This document shows positions 19,772 to 28,417 of a stretch of DNA of 32,166 nt, piece after piece (the stretch's first letter is position 1; the number at the start of each line of letters is the position of its first letter). Under the pieces are notes generated by a model, which was not told where the DNA came from, did no database searches, and saw nothing but the letters and a program-made list of their open reading frames with translations. Position numbers and translations under genes: made by a program. The DNA lies in assembly GCA_943323675.2 (NCBI GenBank), contig CALPIR020000003.1, forward strand, positions 1-32,166, read 5' to 3'. Source of the stretch: Chitinophaga pinensis. Lineage in GTDB: Bacteria; Bacteroidota; Bacteroidia; UKL13-3.

Positions 19772-20762
19772 ATTTTTGATTTCCATACTCATATTTTTTG
19801 TTTGCTTAGAGGTTTTTTTAAGGATTTCTGAAAAATATAAAACACGGTCAGAGTTTAAAGGAAAAAGCTATTCATACAAGTACAAGGTTAATAAACCTAA
19901 TTGGTACTATACCAACAAACCAAACACTTCAAGGATAAAAAAGGAAAAAGAATGGCAATATTTTAATCAGTATAATGAACTCGGAAATAGAGAAAAATCA
20001 ATTCGAACTTTTATTAAAGATACTTCATCAATAAAAATAATTTGTTTGGGCGACTCATTTACTGAAGGAGATGGTGCGCCATATGATAGTTCTTGGGTTA
20101 GAAAGTTTGAATATTGCATAAATCTGAATAATGAGGTTAAATACAAAATATATAATGCGGGATCTTGTGGAAGTGATGTTTTTTATAATAATAAAATATT
20201 AACAAATAAGTTAATGTCGCTAAAGCCTCAAATTGTAATCGAATGCATTAACTCTACCGATGTAAGTGATGTGGTTTGGAGAGGCGGATTGGAAAGGTTT
20301 AACGAGGATGGAACCGTTTCAGGAAAAGTAGGACCTAGTTGGGAATTCCTGTATCATATTTCACATGTTTTTAGGGCTTTCATGCATGTTTTTTATAAAT
20401 ACAATGAAAACTTAATAAGTGAAAATAATATACAGCAAAAAGAAAAACAAGCAGTTTCATTAATTACATATCAAGTTGAACAAACAGCACAGTTTTGTTT
20501 AAAAAATCAAATTGAATATCATTTGTTAATCCACCCACTTCCTTCCGAATTGATTGATGGAGCTATTCAACCATTTGAATTGATTCAACAATTGAAAGAA
20601 AAACCATATGTTACTTTATTGTTTAAATCGTTTAATGATTACTATAAAAATAATGACATTGTTAAAGAATATTGGGTGGTTAATAAACATTTTAACTCAA
20701 AAGGATATTTTAGTATGGGTAATATTATTTTCAATGGACTTAAAATAAATACAATAAAATGA
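19752..20762 (+). CDS. Membrane-anchored SGNH/GDSL-family hydrolase or O-acyltransferase
   Basis: N-terminal anchor ending LEVFLR; NELGNRE; block I LGDSFTEG (Ser102); block II NAGSCG; block III INSTD; block V NKH313FNSKG. Confidence 0.82.
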   Translation: MKQFLNKFLISILIFFVCLEVFLRISEKYKTRSEFKGKSYSYKYKVNKPNWYYTNKPNTSRIKKEKEWQYFNQYNELGNREKSIRTFIKDTSSIKIICLGDSFTEGDGAPYDSSWVRKFEYCINLNNEVKYKIYNAGSCGSDVFYNNKILTNKLMSLKPQIVIECINSTDVSDVVWRGGLERFNEDGTVSGKVGPSWEFLYHISHVFRAFMHVFYKYNENLISENNIQQKEKQAVSLITYQVEQTAQFCLKNQIEYHLLIHPLPSELIDGAIQPFELIQQLKEKPYVTLLFKSFNDYYKNNDIVKEYWVVNKHFNSKGYFSMGNIIFNGLKINTIK

Positions 20763-21631
20763 TTCCATTTTTAAACAAAAATTCCTATTCAAAGATAGAA
20801 TGGACTATGATGAAATCATCATTTTCTTTGATATGGTTATTATCATTTTTGTTGGTTTTTTCTCGGTATAATTATGCGCCAACGCCTGAAAGCATTTTTA
20901 AATTATTACCAGGAAGTTTTTATTTAAGTTATAATGCCAAAATATTTTTGTTATCAACTAATCTCCTACTGATATATTTCTATATTATAGAAAAACATAT
21001 TTGGTGGTCTTTGTTGGGATTGTCCCTGATCAGTTTATTTACATTTTCATTAGAAGACTCTAACAGTGATTTTAATAGAAATACCATGATTACAGGAATT
21101 TTCTTTGCCCAATTTTTTGCTTACAGTATCAAAAAAATATATTTAGACTTTGATACAGAAAAATACCGAATTCAATTTTCTGTTCAACTCATATCAATAA
21201 GCTATACCATATCCGCCATATCTAAGTTAAACACTTCTGGACTAAAATGGATAACGGATGGTTTACTAATGCCTTTACAAATCATGAAAACCAACTACTT
21301 TGGCTTTGTAAATGATGGAAATATTGCACACATAACCAATGCTAGGCTAATAATAAATTTGTTAGATAAATATTCATTTGGAGTGATGTTTATTTTAGCA
21401 TTCACTCTAATCATAGAATTGTTTGCAGTCGTTTCAATAATTAATAAAAAATATGCTTTTGTGTATGGTGTACTTTTAGTTTTTATGCATATCGGAATCT
21501 ATTTGGTATTAGATGTAGCGATAGGAGGCACATATATTCCCATGTTAATTTTCATGGTTAATCCCGTGTTTTTATTTTGGATCACATTAAAAAAAATAAA
21601 AAATACATGCATGATGTTGATTGGATATTGA
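20759..21631 (+). CDS. HTTM-domain-like integral membrane protein
   Basis: Multi-TM. YTISAISKLNTSGLKWITDG, TLIIEL and FMHIGIYLVL match the Y..S/A..KL....W..G / E / H-hydrophobic pattern of HTTM (vitamin-K-dependent carboxylase-related) domains. Confidence 0.7.
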   Translation: MIPFLNKNSYSKIEWTMMKSSFSLIWLLSFLLVFSRYNYAPTPESIFKLLPGSFYLSYNAKIFLLSTNLLLIYFYIIEKHIWWSLLGLSLISLFTFSLEDSNSDFNRNTMITGIFFAQFFAYSIKKIYLDFDTEKYRIQFSVQLISISYTISAISKLNTSGLKWITDGLLMPLQIMKTNYFGFVNDGNIAHITNARLIINLLDKYSFGVMFILAFTLIIELFAVVSIINKKYAFVYGVLLVFMHIGIYLVLDVAIGGTYIPMLIFMVNPVFLFWITLKKIKNTCMMLIGY

Positions 21632-22013
21632 GGTTAATTAAATAAATTTAGGATCTAATAAATTCATATCAATTTAAGATATCCTAGATAGTAAAACCCA
21701 AAACGAATCGCTACGGTAACTATTCCTGCCAAAAGAACAAAAAAGTCACCCCAATAAAATAAGTAAGATAAAAGAAAAGGATCTTCCTGAAACTTCATTA
21801 CCAAGTATTAATCATTAGGCTAGATATGCAGCAGGTAAGGAAATTTAAAACAGAATGTACATTAGTAATAAATAGAAATAAACTAAATCTATAATCCCAT
21901 TCAAAAACACTGTCTCTTGCACCATATAAAACAAAATCTAAGAAACATTTCAACTTAATTAAGGAATACCGTATTTAGATAATTAGCTAAAAAAATCAAA
22001 GTAATCGAATTCA

Positions 22014-22355
22014 TCAAAATGGCTTTGTAAAATCTAACCTATAATTATTGACCTCCCAGTTGGAGGTTTTAGAAGAATTATTCTTTTTCATAAATACCCT
22101 TATAATTAAAGCAAAAGGTGAAAGTAGTAAAAAGAAAAAGAGTCCTAAAATTATCGTGCTATTAACATAACCCAATATTTTGCCAAATTCTATCCAGAAT
22201 TGTGCAATTTTCTTAGCACTGTATACATTAAAAACAGATATAACTAGAACGGTAATTGCAATATAATAAAACCAAGCTTGAGTAAAAATGAATCCCAATA
22301 CTAAAAATCCTAAAACAATAGCATTATTGGTTTCATATGTCTTTACTAATTTCAT
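22014..22355 (-). CDS. SxtJ-family membrane protein
   Basis: 113 aa from ATG 22355. WIEFGKILGYVNSTIILGLFFFLLLSPFALIIR, SNW and the terminal KPF follow the SxtJ-family pattern. Confidence 0.8.
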   Translation of the reverse strand: MKLVKTYETNNAIVLGFLVLGFIFTQAWFYYIAITVLVISVFNVYSAKKIAQFWIEFGKILGYVNSTIILGLFFFLLLSPFALIIRVFMKKNNSSKTSNWEVNNYRLDFTKPF

Positions 22356-22365
22356 TGTAATGTAT

Positions 22366-22515
22366 TTAAAAAATTGGGTAAAGAAAGGTTGATACCGCTG
22401 AACTTTCAGCAAAAATTAGTAATAAACCCAGCACTATAAGTGCTAACATAACTGGAATTAACCACCACTTTTTTTGTGATTTCAAAAAGTCAAAAAAATC
22501 TTTTATAAAGTCCAT
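22366..22515 (-). CDS. SxtK/DUF5989-family small membrane protein (not in ORF track)
   Basis: Manual translation: MDFIKDFFDFLKSQKKWWLIPVMLALIVLGLLLIFAESSAVSTFLYPIF* (49 aa). It has the KKWWLxP..S..F.Y..F pattern and starts 6 nt after the carbamoyltransferase stop. Confidence 0.88.
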   Translation of the reverse strand: MDFIKDFFDFLKSQKKWWLIPVMLALIVLGLLLIFAESSAVSTFLYPIF

Positions 22516-22521
22516 ATGCCA

Positions 22522-24321
22522 CTATTTAATGATTAAATAATTTTCAATAATAAGTGCGTCAATATTGGTGTTTAAAAAACAATTGATTGCATCTTCTGGA
22601 GTACATACAATTGGCTCATCTTTGATATTAAAGCTAGTATTTACTAATACTCCAAACCCAGTTCTTTTTTTAAACTCAACCAATAGTTGATACATCAATT
22701 TATTAGTAGATTCGGTAACCGTTTGAATTCTTGATGAATAATCAACATGAGTAATAGCAGGTAAAACCGATCTAGCAAGATTAACCGTTCTATAAATATC
22801 ATCATCATAAAGAGGAACTTTTATTCTATATTTTGGTAAAATCTTGTGTACAAAAAGCATGTAAATAGAATCATGTTTTTGTCCAAATAATCTTTCAAAT
22901 TCTTCCTTTAACATAATTGGAGCAAAAGGTCTAAAACCTTCCCTTTTTTTTACTTTTATATTTAAATCAGAAAGTGTGTTTGGCATTAACGGATTTGCAA
23001 TAATACTTCTACTTCCTAGAGCCCTTGGCCCAAACTCCATTCTACCCTGATACCATCCAATAATATTGCCATTTATTAGCAAATCATTAGTTTTTTGAAT
23101 CAATTCATTTTCACTTAATTTTTTATACGAAAGGTTACATCTTTTTAAAGCATTTTCAATGGTTAATAAAGCGAAACTTGGGCCTAATTTACAGCCTAAC
23201 ATTAAATCAAAACTAGCGTTATATTTTCTTGGTATATGATAATACATATGGTGGGCTGATAATGCAGCACCTAAAGCTCCACCAGCATCTCCGGCAGCAG
23301 GTTGTACGTATATATTATCAAATTCGTTGCTTTCTAATAACTTGCCATTGGCAACGCAATTTAAAGCAACCCCTCCAGCCAAACATAAGTTGTTTGAGCC
23401 AGTAATTTGTTTGGCTTTTATTGCCATTTTAATAAGTATATCCTCAAGTACTAATTGCAATGCTTTTGCAAGGCAATAATGTACTTTTAAAATGGCATCA
23501 TTTGTTCTCCTTTTTTTAATTCCTAAAAGCAATTCAAATCTTTTTTCATGAATCATTTTTAATGAACTCGCATATTTAAAATAAAATGGATTTAGTTCAA
23601 TAGAACCGTCTTCGAAAATTTTAACAATATTACTAGTTATGATTCTTTTAAAACCGATAACTTGTTCGTCTTCATCTTCAGCAAAAGGAGCCAATCCCAT
23701 TACTTTATATTCCCCATTATTAACTTCAAAACCTAAGAAATAAGTAAAACTAGAATAAAGTAATCCAACAGAATTTGGAAAACGCATTTCCAATAATGTA
23801 GTAATTTTATTATCCTGTCCTAAAGCAATAGAAGAAGTTGCCCATTCACCCACACCGTCTATAGTTAAAATTGCTGAATTGTTAAAATTGCTAACAAAAA
23901 AGGCACTTGCTGCATGAGATAAATGATGACTTGAAAATAATATTTTAGTTTTCGTCCAATTACAATTGGAATCATATGCTTTCAAATGTTTTTTTATTTC
24001 ATTCTTCAAAAATAATTTTTCTTTTAACCAAGAAGGTATTGATTTTACGAAAGATATAAACCCAGATGGAGCTAAATAAAAATAGGTCTCAATTAATCGC
24101 TCAAATTTTAAAAATGGCTTTTCGTAAAAAACAAATGCATCAATATCAGTTAGTTTTAAACCAGCTTCCTTTAAGCAATAATCTATTGAATGAATAGGAA
24201 AAGAGGAATCGCTTTTTATTCGTGAAAACCTTTCTTCTTGCGCTGCTGCTATAACGTTGCCATCAGCTATTAAAGCAGCAGCAGCGTCATGGTAGTAAGA
24301 AGAGATTCCGATTATATTCAT
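22522..24321 (-). CDS. O-carbamoyltransferase (NodU/CmcH/TobZ/SxtI family)
   Basis: True start likely MNIIGISSYYHDAAAAL (ATG 24321). QEERFSRIK, HHLSHAASAF, TIDGVGE, EYKVMGLA, AGGVALNCVANG, EFGPRALG, FRPFAP, NTSFN. Confidence 0.95.
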   Translation of the reverse strand: MNIIGISSYYHDAAAALIADGNVIAAAQEERFSRIKSDSSFPIHSIDYCLKEAGLKLTDIDAFVFYEKPFLKFERLIETYFYLAPSGFISFVKSIPSWLKEKLFLKNEIKKHLKAYDSNCNWTKTKILFSSHHLSHAASAFFVSNFNNSAILTIDGVGEWATSSIALGQDNKITTLLEMRFPNSVGLLYSSFTYFLGFEVNNGEYKVMGLAPFAEDEDEQVIGFKRIITSNIVKIFEDGSIELNPFYFKYASSLKMIHEKRFELLLGIKKRRTNDAILKVHYCLAKALQLVLEDILIKMAIKAKQITGSNNLCLAGGVALNCVANGKLLESNEFDNIYVQPAAGDAGGALGAALSAHHMYYHIPRKYNASFDLMLGCKLGPSFALLTIENALKRCNLSYKKLSENELIQKTNDLLINGNIIGWYQGRMEFGPRALGSRSIIANPLMPNTLSDLNIKVKKREGFRPFAPIMLKEEFERLFGQKHDSIYMLFVHKILPKYRIKVPLYDDDIYRTVNLARSVLPAITHVDYSSRIQTVTESTNKLMYQLLVEFKKRTGFGVLVNTSFNIKDEPIVCTPEDAINCFLNTNIDALIIENYLIIK

Positions 24322-24327
24322 AAAATT

Positions 24328-24346
24328 CAAAAATAACTTACATTTG
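24328..24346. promoter_or_regulatory. Back-to-back Bacteroidota -7 elements (divergent promoter)
   Basis: Minus-strand TATTTTTG at 24335-24328 and plus-strand TACATTTG at 24339-24346, both exact TAnnTTTG. Confidence 0.65.
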
Positions 24347-24364
24347 TTATATAAAAAATTAAGC

Positions 24365-25267
24365 TTGTTTTCATTCTGCACTATTAGTACACATTCTCAC
24401 TTGTTTAAAGCTTTTGCTTTAGCCGATAGTATTGCTCCATTTAAAGGTGTATTAAGTATATTAGTTATTGATAAAAATGATGATTTAGAAGAAAAGCCTG
24501 AAAATGCAACCATTTTCTATTTATCGGATTTAAAGGATAATATCGGCAATCTTATTATTGATAAGTATAAAAACAATAAAGATAAATTGAGGTGGGCGTT
24601 AAAACCTGTTTTTTTAAAATATTTATTAAAAGAATCCAATGCTATGGTTTACGTAGATAATGACATTTATTTCTACAACAACCCAAAAATATTATTTGAT
24701 TTCCTAGATACCAATAGCATTCTTTTAACACCACATTTTTACGATAGCAATCCCAATAAAAACCAAAACTGGTTAGAGGCAAATTTCAAAGTTGGACTTT
24801 ACAATGCTGGTTTTATGGGAGTAAATAAAAATGCCATAAATGCATTACAATGGTGGTCAGAATGCTGTTTATACAATATCAAAAAAAGTTATTGGAGGGG
24901 TTTGTTTGATGATCAAAAATATTTAGACCTTGTACCTATTTTGTATGATGATGTAATGGTATTAAAACACAAAGGGTGTAACCTGGCAGGATGGAATTAT
25001 TTATGGTATAAACTTAGTAGAAAAGAAAATTATGCATTAGAGATTGAAGATCGCTATCCATTGATATTTATACACTTTGCTGAAACATCATTAACACACT
25101 TCTCGAAAGAAGATAGCTTACTTCATCCTGAGTATTTAACGTACATTGAAAATTTGCGTGCGCACCAATCAAGATATACCCATAAACGTTCGTACTTTAA
25201 AACTTATACCATTAGTGTATACATCAACCATTTAAAATGGACCATTAGTCGACTAATGGAGGGCTAA
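24365..25267 (+). CDS. GT-A-fold glycosyltransferase (GT8-like)
   Basis: FCTIST, RWALKP, VYVDNDIYFY, LLTPH, GLYNAGF, FDDQKYLD, GCNLAGWN, FIHF. TTG at 24365 is preferred because TTG 24344 lies inside the -7 box. Confidence 0.78.
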   Translation: MFSFCTISTHSHLFKAFALADSIAPFKGVLSILVIDKNDDLEEKPENATIFYLSDLKDNIGNLIIDKYKNNKDKLRWALKPVFLKYLLKESNAMVYVDNDIYFYNNPKILFDFLDTNSILLTPHFYDSNPNKNQNWLEANFKVGLYNAGFMGVNKNAINALQWWSECCLYNIKKSYWRGLFDDQKYLDLVPILYDDVMVLKHKGCNLAGWNYLWYKLSRKENYALEIEDRYPLIFIHFAETSLTHFSKEDSLLHPEYLTYIENLRAHQSRYTHKRSYFKTYTISVYINHLKWTISRLMEG

Positions 25268-27865
25268 ATGAATACCAGGATGAAAAGAAATAAACAAATA
25301 AATACTGAGACAGAAGCAAATCACCTTGGAAAATATTACTTAATTTTAGCTGCATTAGTATTTATTGTTTTTGGGAACACGCTGTTTAATGGTTACAATA
25401 TGGATGACCATTTAGTTACGCAAAACCATGTATACACATCTAAAGGTATATCTGCTATAAAAGATATTTTAACCAGCAATTACTACTCAAATAATGCCGA
25501 TATAAATTTTGGATATAGGCCCATTGTTCATATTTCATTTGCTATAGAACATCAGCTTTTTGGTGAACATGCTAGCATTAGTCATTTGATTAATTTGTTG
25601 CTTTATCTTATTACCGTTTGTATATTTTTAAAATTGTGTATAGTGTGGTTTGGCGAAAAAAACACCCATGCAGCACTTTTGGCATCTTTACTTTTTGCAT
25701 TGCATCCATTACATACAGAAACCGTGGCTAGTATAAAAAACCGTGATGAATTATTAGCACTTCTGTTGGGTTTGTTTGCCGTTTATAATGCCATGAAATA
25801 CATAAGCACAAATAAATTGATGTGGCTAATTTTAGCTATTATTGCTTTTGCATTGGGCATGCTTGCAAAAAAATCTATTTATCCTGTTTTAGTAGTTATA
25901 CCTATTATATTAATTACTTTATACCAGGTTTCACTGAGAAAAATACTATTAACCGTTTTGCTGATCTCAATACCTTCAGCTTTTATTGGCTCTGATTTGC
26001 AAATATTAAAGGGTCTATTCTTACTATCACTACCATTAATGAGTTTACTCGTGTCGTTTACCTTGGTAAACTATTCGGTATTTACTAAGCAATTAAAACA
26101 AATCTACACAAGATTACCTTTTAAAATAGCTTCTCAAATTTTAGCAATTATTGCCTTTATACTAGGCCTTTGGCTTAAAGAAATGGTATTTGTAGTAGGG
26201 GCAATATTATTATCTACAAAAATAATTAATGCGAGAGGAATTCTTATTTTATCAATACAGTTTACCATAGTGGGATTTGTATTTGGCTCAAATATATTTA
26301 ATAAATATGGGTTGATTCTTGCAATAGCATACATCATACAAAATGCCACATCAATTAATAATAAAAAGATAAACTATGCATTGTTGATTTTGGCTTTTAT
26401 ACCTGTTATGTATTTTATATTTATTCAAAAGGATCCACTAAGTTATCTGCTGATATTAGAAATGATTGTGTTTTTTATCCTTATGGAAAGAAAAGCCATA
26501 TTAGGTTTGTTATTTATTTTAGTTTCCACAACCGTTTCAATTATCGTTTTTAATAGTTATGCACTAAATTATATACTTATTGCGTATGCTGCATTCAAAA
26601 CGTTTAAAGAGTATAAACCACAATATGAATTAGAAATCAATTCCGTTTTTAATTCGGTAGTTATTGCTTCTGTTATATTAATGGTGATGCTTGTATCAAG
26701 GCCTATTCATTCTGACTATTTTGAAAAAGTAAAACAACAATATCATCGATTTAACACAGAGTATTTAAACACAAAACAAGAAGACAATAACGGAGTAAAA
26801 GAAGGACGAAAAATAAACTACATTGAAAATACATTAACAGATAAATATACTCGAGCAGAACTTTTAGCAACAGGTTTTGCAAGTATTACCGAGTATGCAC
26901 GCTTAACTTTTTATCCGGTTGAGCTTTCCTTTTATTACGGCTATGCAAAAATTAAAACTAGTAACTTTTCTAATAAAAATGTTTGGATAGGCTTAATTAT
27001 TATGTTAGTTTTAGTAGCAATTGCCCTATGGTATTTTAAAAGAAGTATATTATTAAGTATTGGCATAGTTTGGTATATATTGAGTATAGCCTTGTTTAGC
27101 AATTGGTTTGAACCCGTTGCGGGAATGGTGGGAGAAAGGCTTGCATATACTGCTTCTGTTGGGTTTTGTATAGCATTTGCGGCTTTCGTTTTATGTTTAA
27201 AGCCCAATTTTTCATTACTCAAGCCTAAGGGAATGGAGCTGGTTATTATTGTTATTTTAGGCATGCTTTCGTTGCGAAGCATTAGCCGCAATAGTGACTG
27301 GAAGGATCCAATAACCCTTATGGAACACGATATTGTACATCTTGAAAACTCGGCACAAGCACAAAATTTGTTGGCATTAAACCTAATGTATGTGTCAAAT
27401 AGTAATAAAAATTTAAACCATCAACAGGTTTTGGAGATGCAAAATAAAGCAGCTTTTCATTTACAAAAATCAATAACTATTTATCCATATTTTTTTAATA
27501 CAAATTTTGATTTAGCTCGTATTTACATAGACCTAGGAGATTTTATAAAAGCTAAAATAGCACTTGTCCAAGCACTAAACGTTGAACCAAATAACTTATT
27601 TGCATTGGAAGAAATGGCCAAGACCTGCTATGAACTTAAGTTGGTAGATGAAACCGAAAGTTATGCAAACAAATATTTGGCACAAATTCCACAAAACGAA
27701 AACTTGCATGAGATTTTAATTTATAACATGCTAGCCAATGGAAAATATGAAAGCGCCATTTATTATGCCGAGAGGGCAATGAGCTATTATCCAAGTAATC
27801 AAATTATACAAAAAATGTATAGAGACGCTCAAAATCTGCTGGGAGCATCTATTCCAAAAAACTAA
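25268..27865 (+). CDS. TMTC-like GT-C membrane glycosyltransferase with C-terminal TPRs
   Basis: YNMDD acidic pair after TM1, YRPI, HLINLLL, FALHPLHTETVASIKNRDELL, LAKKS, VGERLAY, RNSDWKD, then TPR repeats. Confidence 0.82.
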   Translation: MNTRMKRNKQINTETEANHLGKYYLILAALVFIVFGNTLFNGYNMDDHLVTQNHVYTSKGISAIKDILTSNYYSNNADINFGYRPIVHISFAIEHQLFGEHASISHLINLLLYLITVCIFLKLCIVWFGEKNTHAALLASLLFALHPLHTETVASIKNRDELLALLLGLFAVYNAMKYISTNKLMWLILAIIAFALGMLAKKSIYPVLVVIPIILITLYQVSLRKILLTVLLISIPSAFIGSDLQILKGLFLLSLPLMSLLVSFTLVNYSVFTKQLKQIYTRLPFKIASQILAIIAFILGLWLKEMVFVVGAILLSTKIINARGILILSIQFTIVGFVFGSNIFNKYGLILAIAYIIQNATSINNKKINYALLILAFIPVMYFIFIQKDPLSYLLILEMIVFFILMERKAILGLLFILVSTTVSIIVFNSYALNYILIAYAAFKTFKEYKPQYELEINSVFNSVVIASVILMVMLVSRPIHSDYFEKVKQQYHRFNTEYLNTKQEDNNGVKEGRKINYIENTLTDKYTRAELLATGFASITEYARLTFYPVELSFYYGYAKIKTSNFSNKNVWIGLIIMLVLVAIALWYFKRSILLSIGIVWYILSIALFSNWFEPVAGMVGERLAYTASVGFCIAFAAFVLCLKPNFSLLKPKGMELVIIVILGMLSLRSISRNSDWKDPITLMEHDIVHLENSAQAQNLLALNLMYVSNSNKNLNHQQVLEMQNKAAFHLQKSITIYPYFFNTNFDLARIYIDLGDFIKAKIALVQALNVEPNNLFALEEMAKTCYELKLVDETESYANKYLAQIPQNENLHEILIYNMLANGKYESAIYYAERAMSYYPSNQIIQKMYRDAQNLLGASIPKN

Positions 27866-27949
27866 TAATTATTTTATTTAGTAATGATATAAGTCACTGC
27901 TAAGGGAAAACAGTTTAGCTAAATTGTACTTTCATTATATCAACCTACT

Positions 27950-28363
27950 ATGATTATTAAAATTAATGCTCAAACTAGCATCAAACAAATACAAGACGCT
28001 TTTACAAGAAGATTTCCGTTTTTAAAACTTGAATTTTTTATTGATGCCAATGCAGATGGAATCTTCACTGCGAACGAAATGATTAAGGACCACGATAAGT
28101 CTATTGGTGAATTGAGCAAAACGACCTTAACCATTGCTATTGAAGTTCACGGCAGCAATACCATCACTGAATTGGAACAATCATTCAAAACTAACTTTGG
28201 GTTAATTGTACAGGTTTTTCATAATCGTAACCACACTTGGATTGTGTCTACTACCTCAGATCAATTAACACTTGAAATCCTTAATGCCAGAGCAGAAGAA
28301 GTTTCAAAACCATTAAATAACGAGACAATCGTTGATCCATCAGACAGAATGGAGTTGGAATAA
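27950..28363 (+). CDS. Hypothetical protein
   Basis: 137-aa ORF with ATG start (FTRRFPFLKLEFF..ELEQSFKTNFGLIVQVF), followed by a terminator hairpin. No recognisable function. Confidence 0.75.
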   Translation: MIIKINAQTSIKQIQDAFTRRFPFLKLEFFIDANADGIFTANEMIKDHDKSIGELSKTTLTIAIEVHGSNTITELEQSFKTNFGLIVQVFHNRNHTWIVSTTSDQLTLEILNARAEEVSKPLNNETIVDPSDRMELE

Positions 28364-28378
28364 AATTTAAGCCATAAT

Positions 28379-28411
28379 AAGCCTCTTGTATATAAACTTA
28401 CAAGAGGTTTT
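28379..28411. terminator. Rho-independent terminator between convergent genes (probably bidirectional)
   Basis: AAGCCTCTTGTA-tataaact-TACAAGAGGTTTT: a 9-bp perfect stem with a T-tract, in the 54-nt gap between convergent stops. Confidence 0.8.
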
Positions 28412-28417
28412 AAATGA

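Noticed and set aside
22356-22412. 19-aa N-terminal extension of the SxtJ-like ORF
   Set aside because: It overlaps the SxtK-like gene in another frame; ATG 22355 is the more plausible start.
19752-24321. Saxitoxin biosynthesis cluster
   Set aside because: Only I/J/K-like and GDSL-like genes are present. There is no SxtA-, SxtG- or SxtB-like core gene, and the context is surface glycan.
24322-24381. Apparent head-to-head coding overlap of the carbamoyltransferase (track start 24381) and the GT (track start 24344)
   Set aside because: Family N-termini and the promoter boxes point to starts at 24321 and 24365, which removes the overlap.
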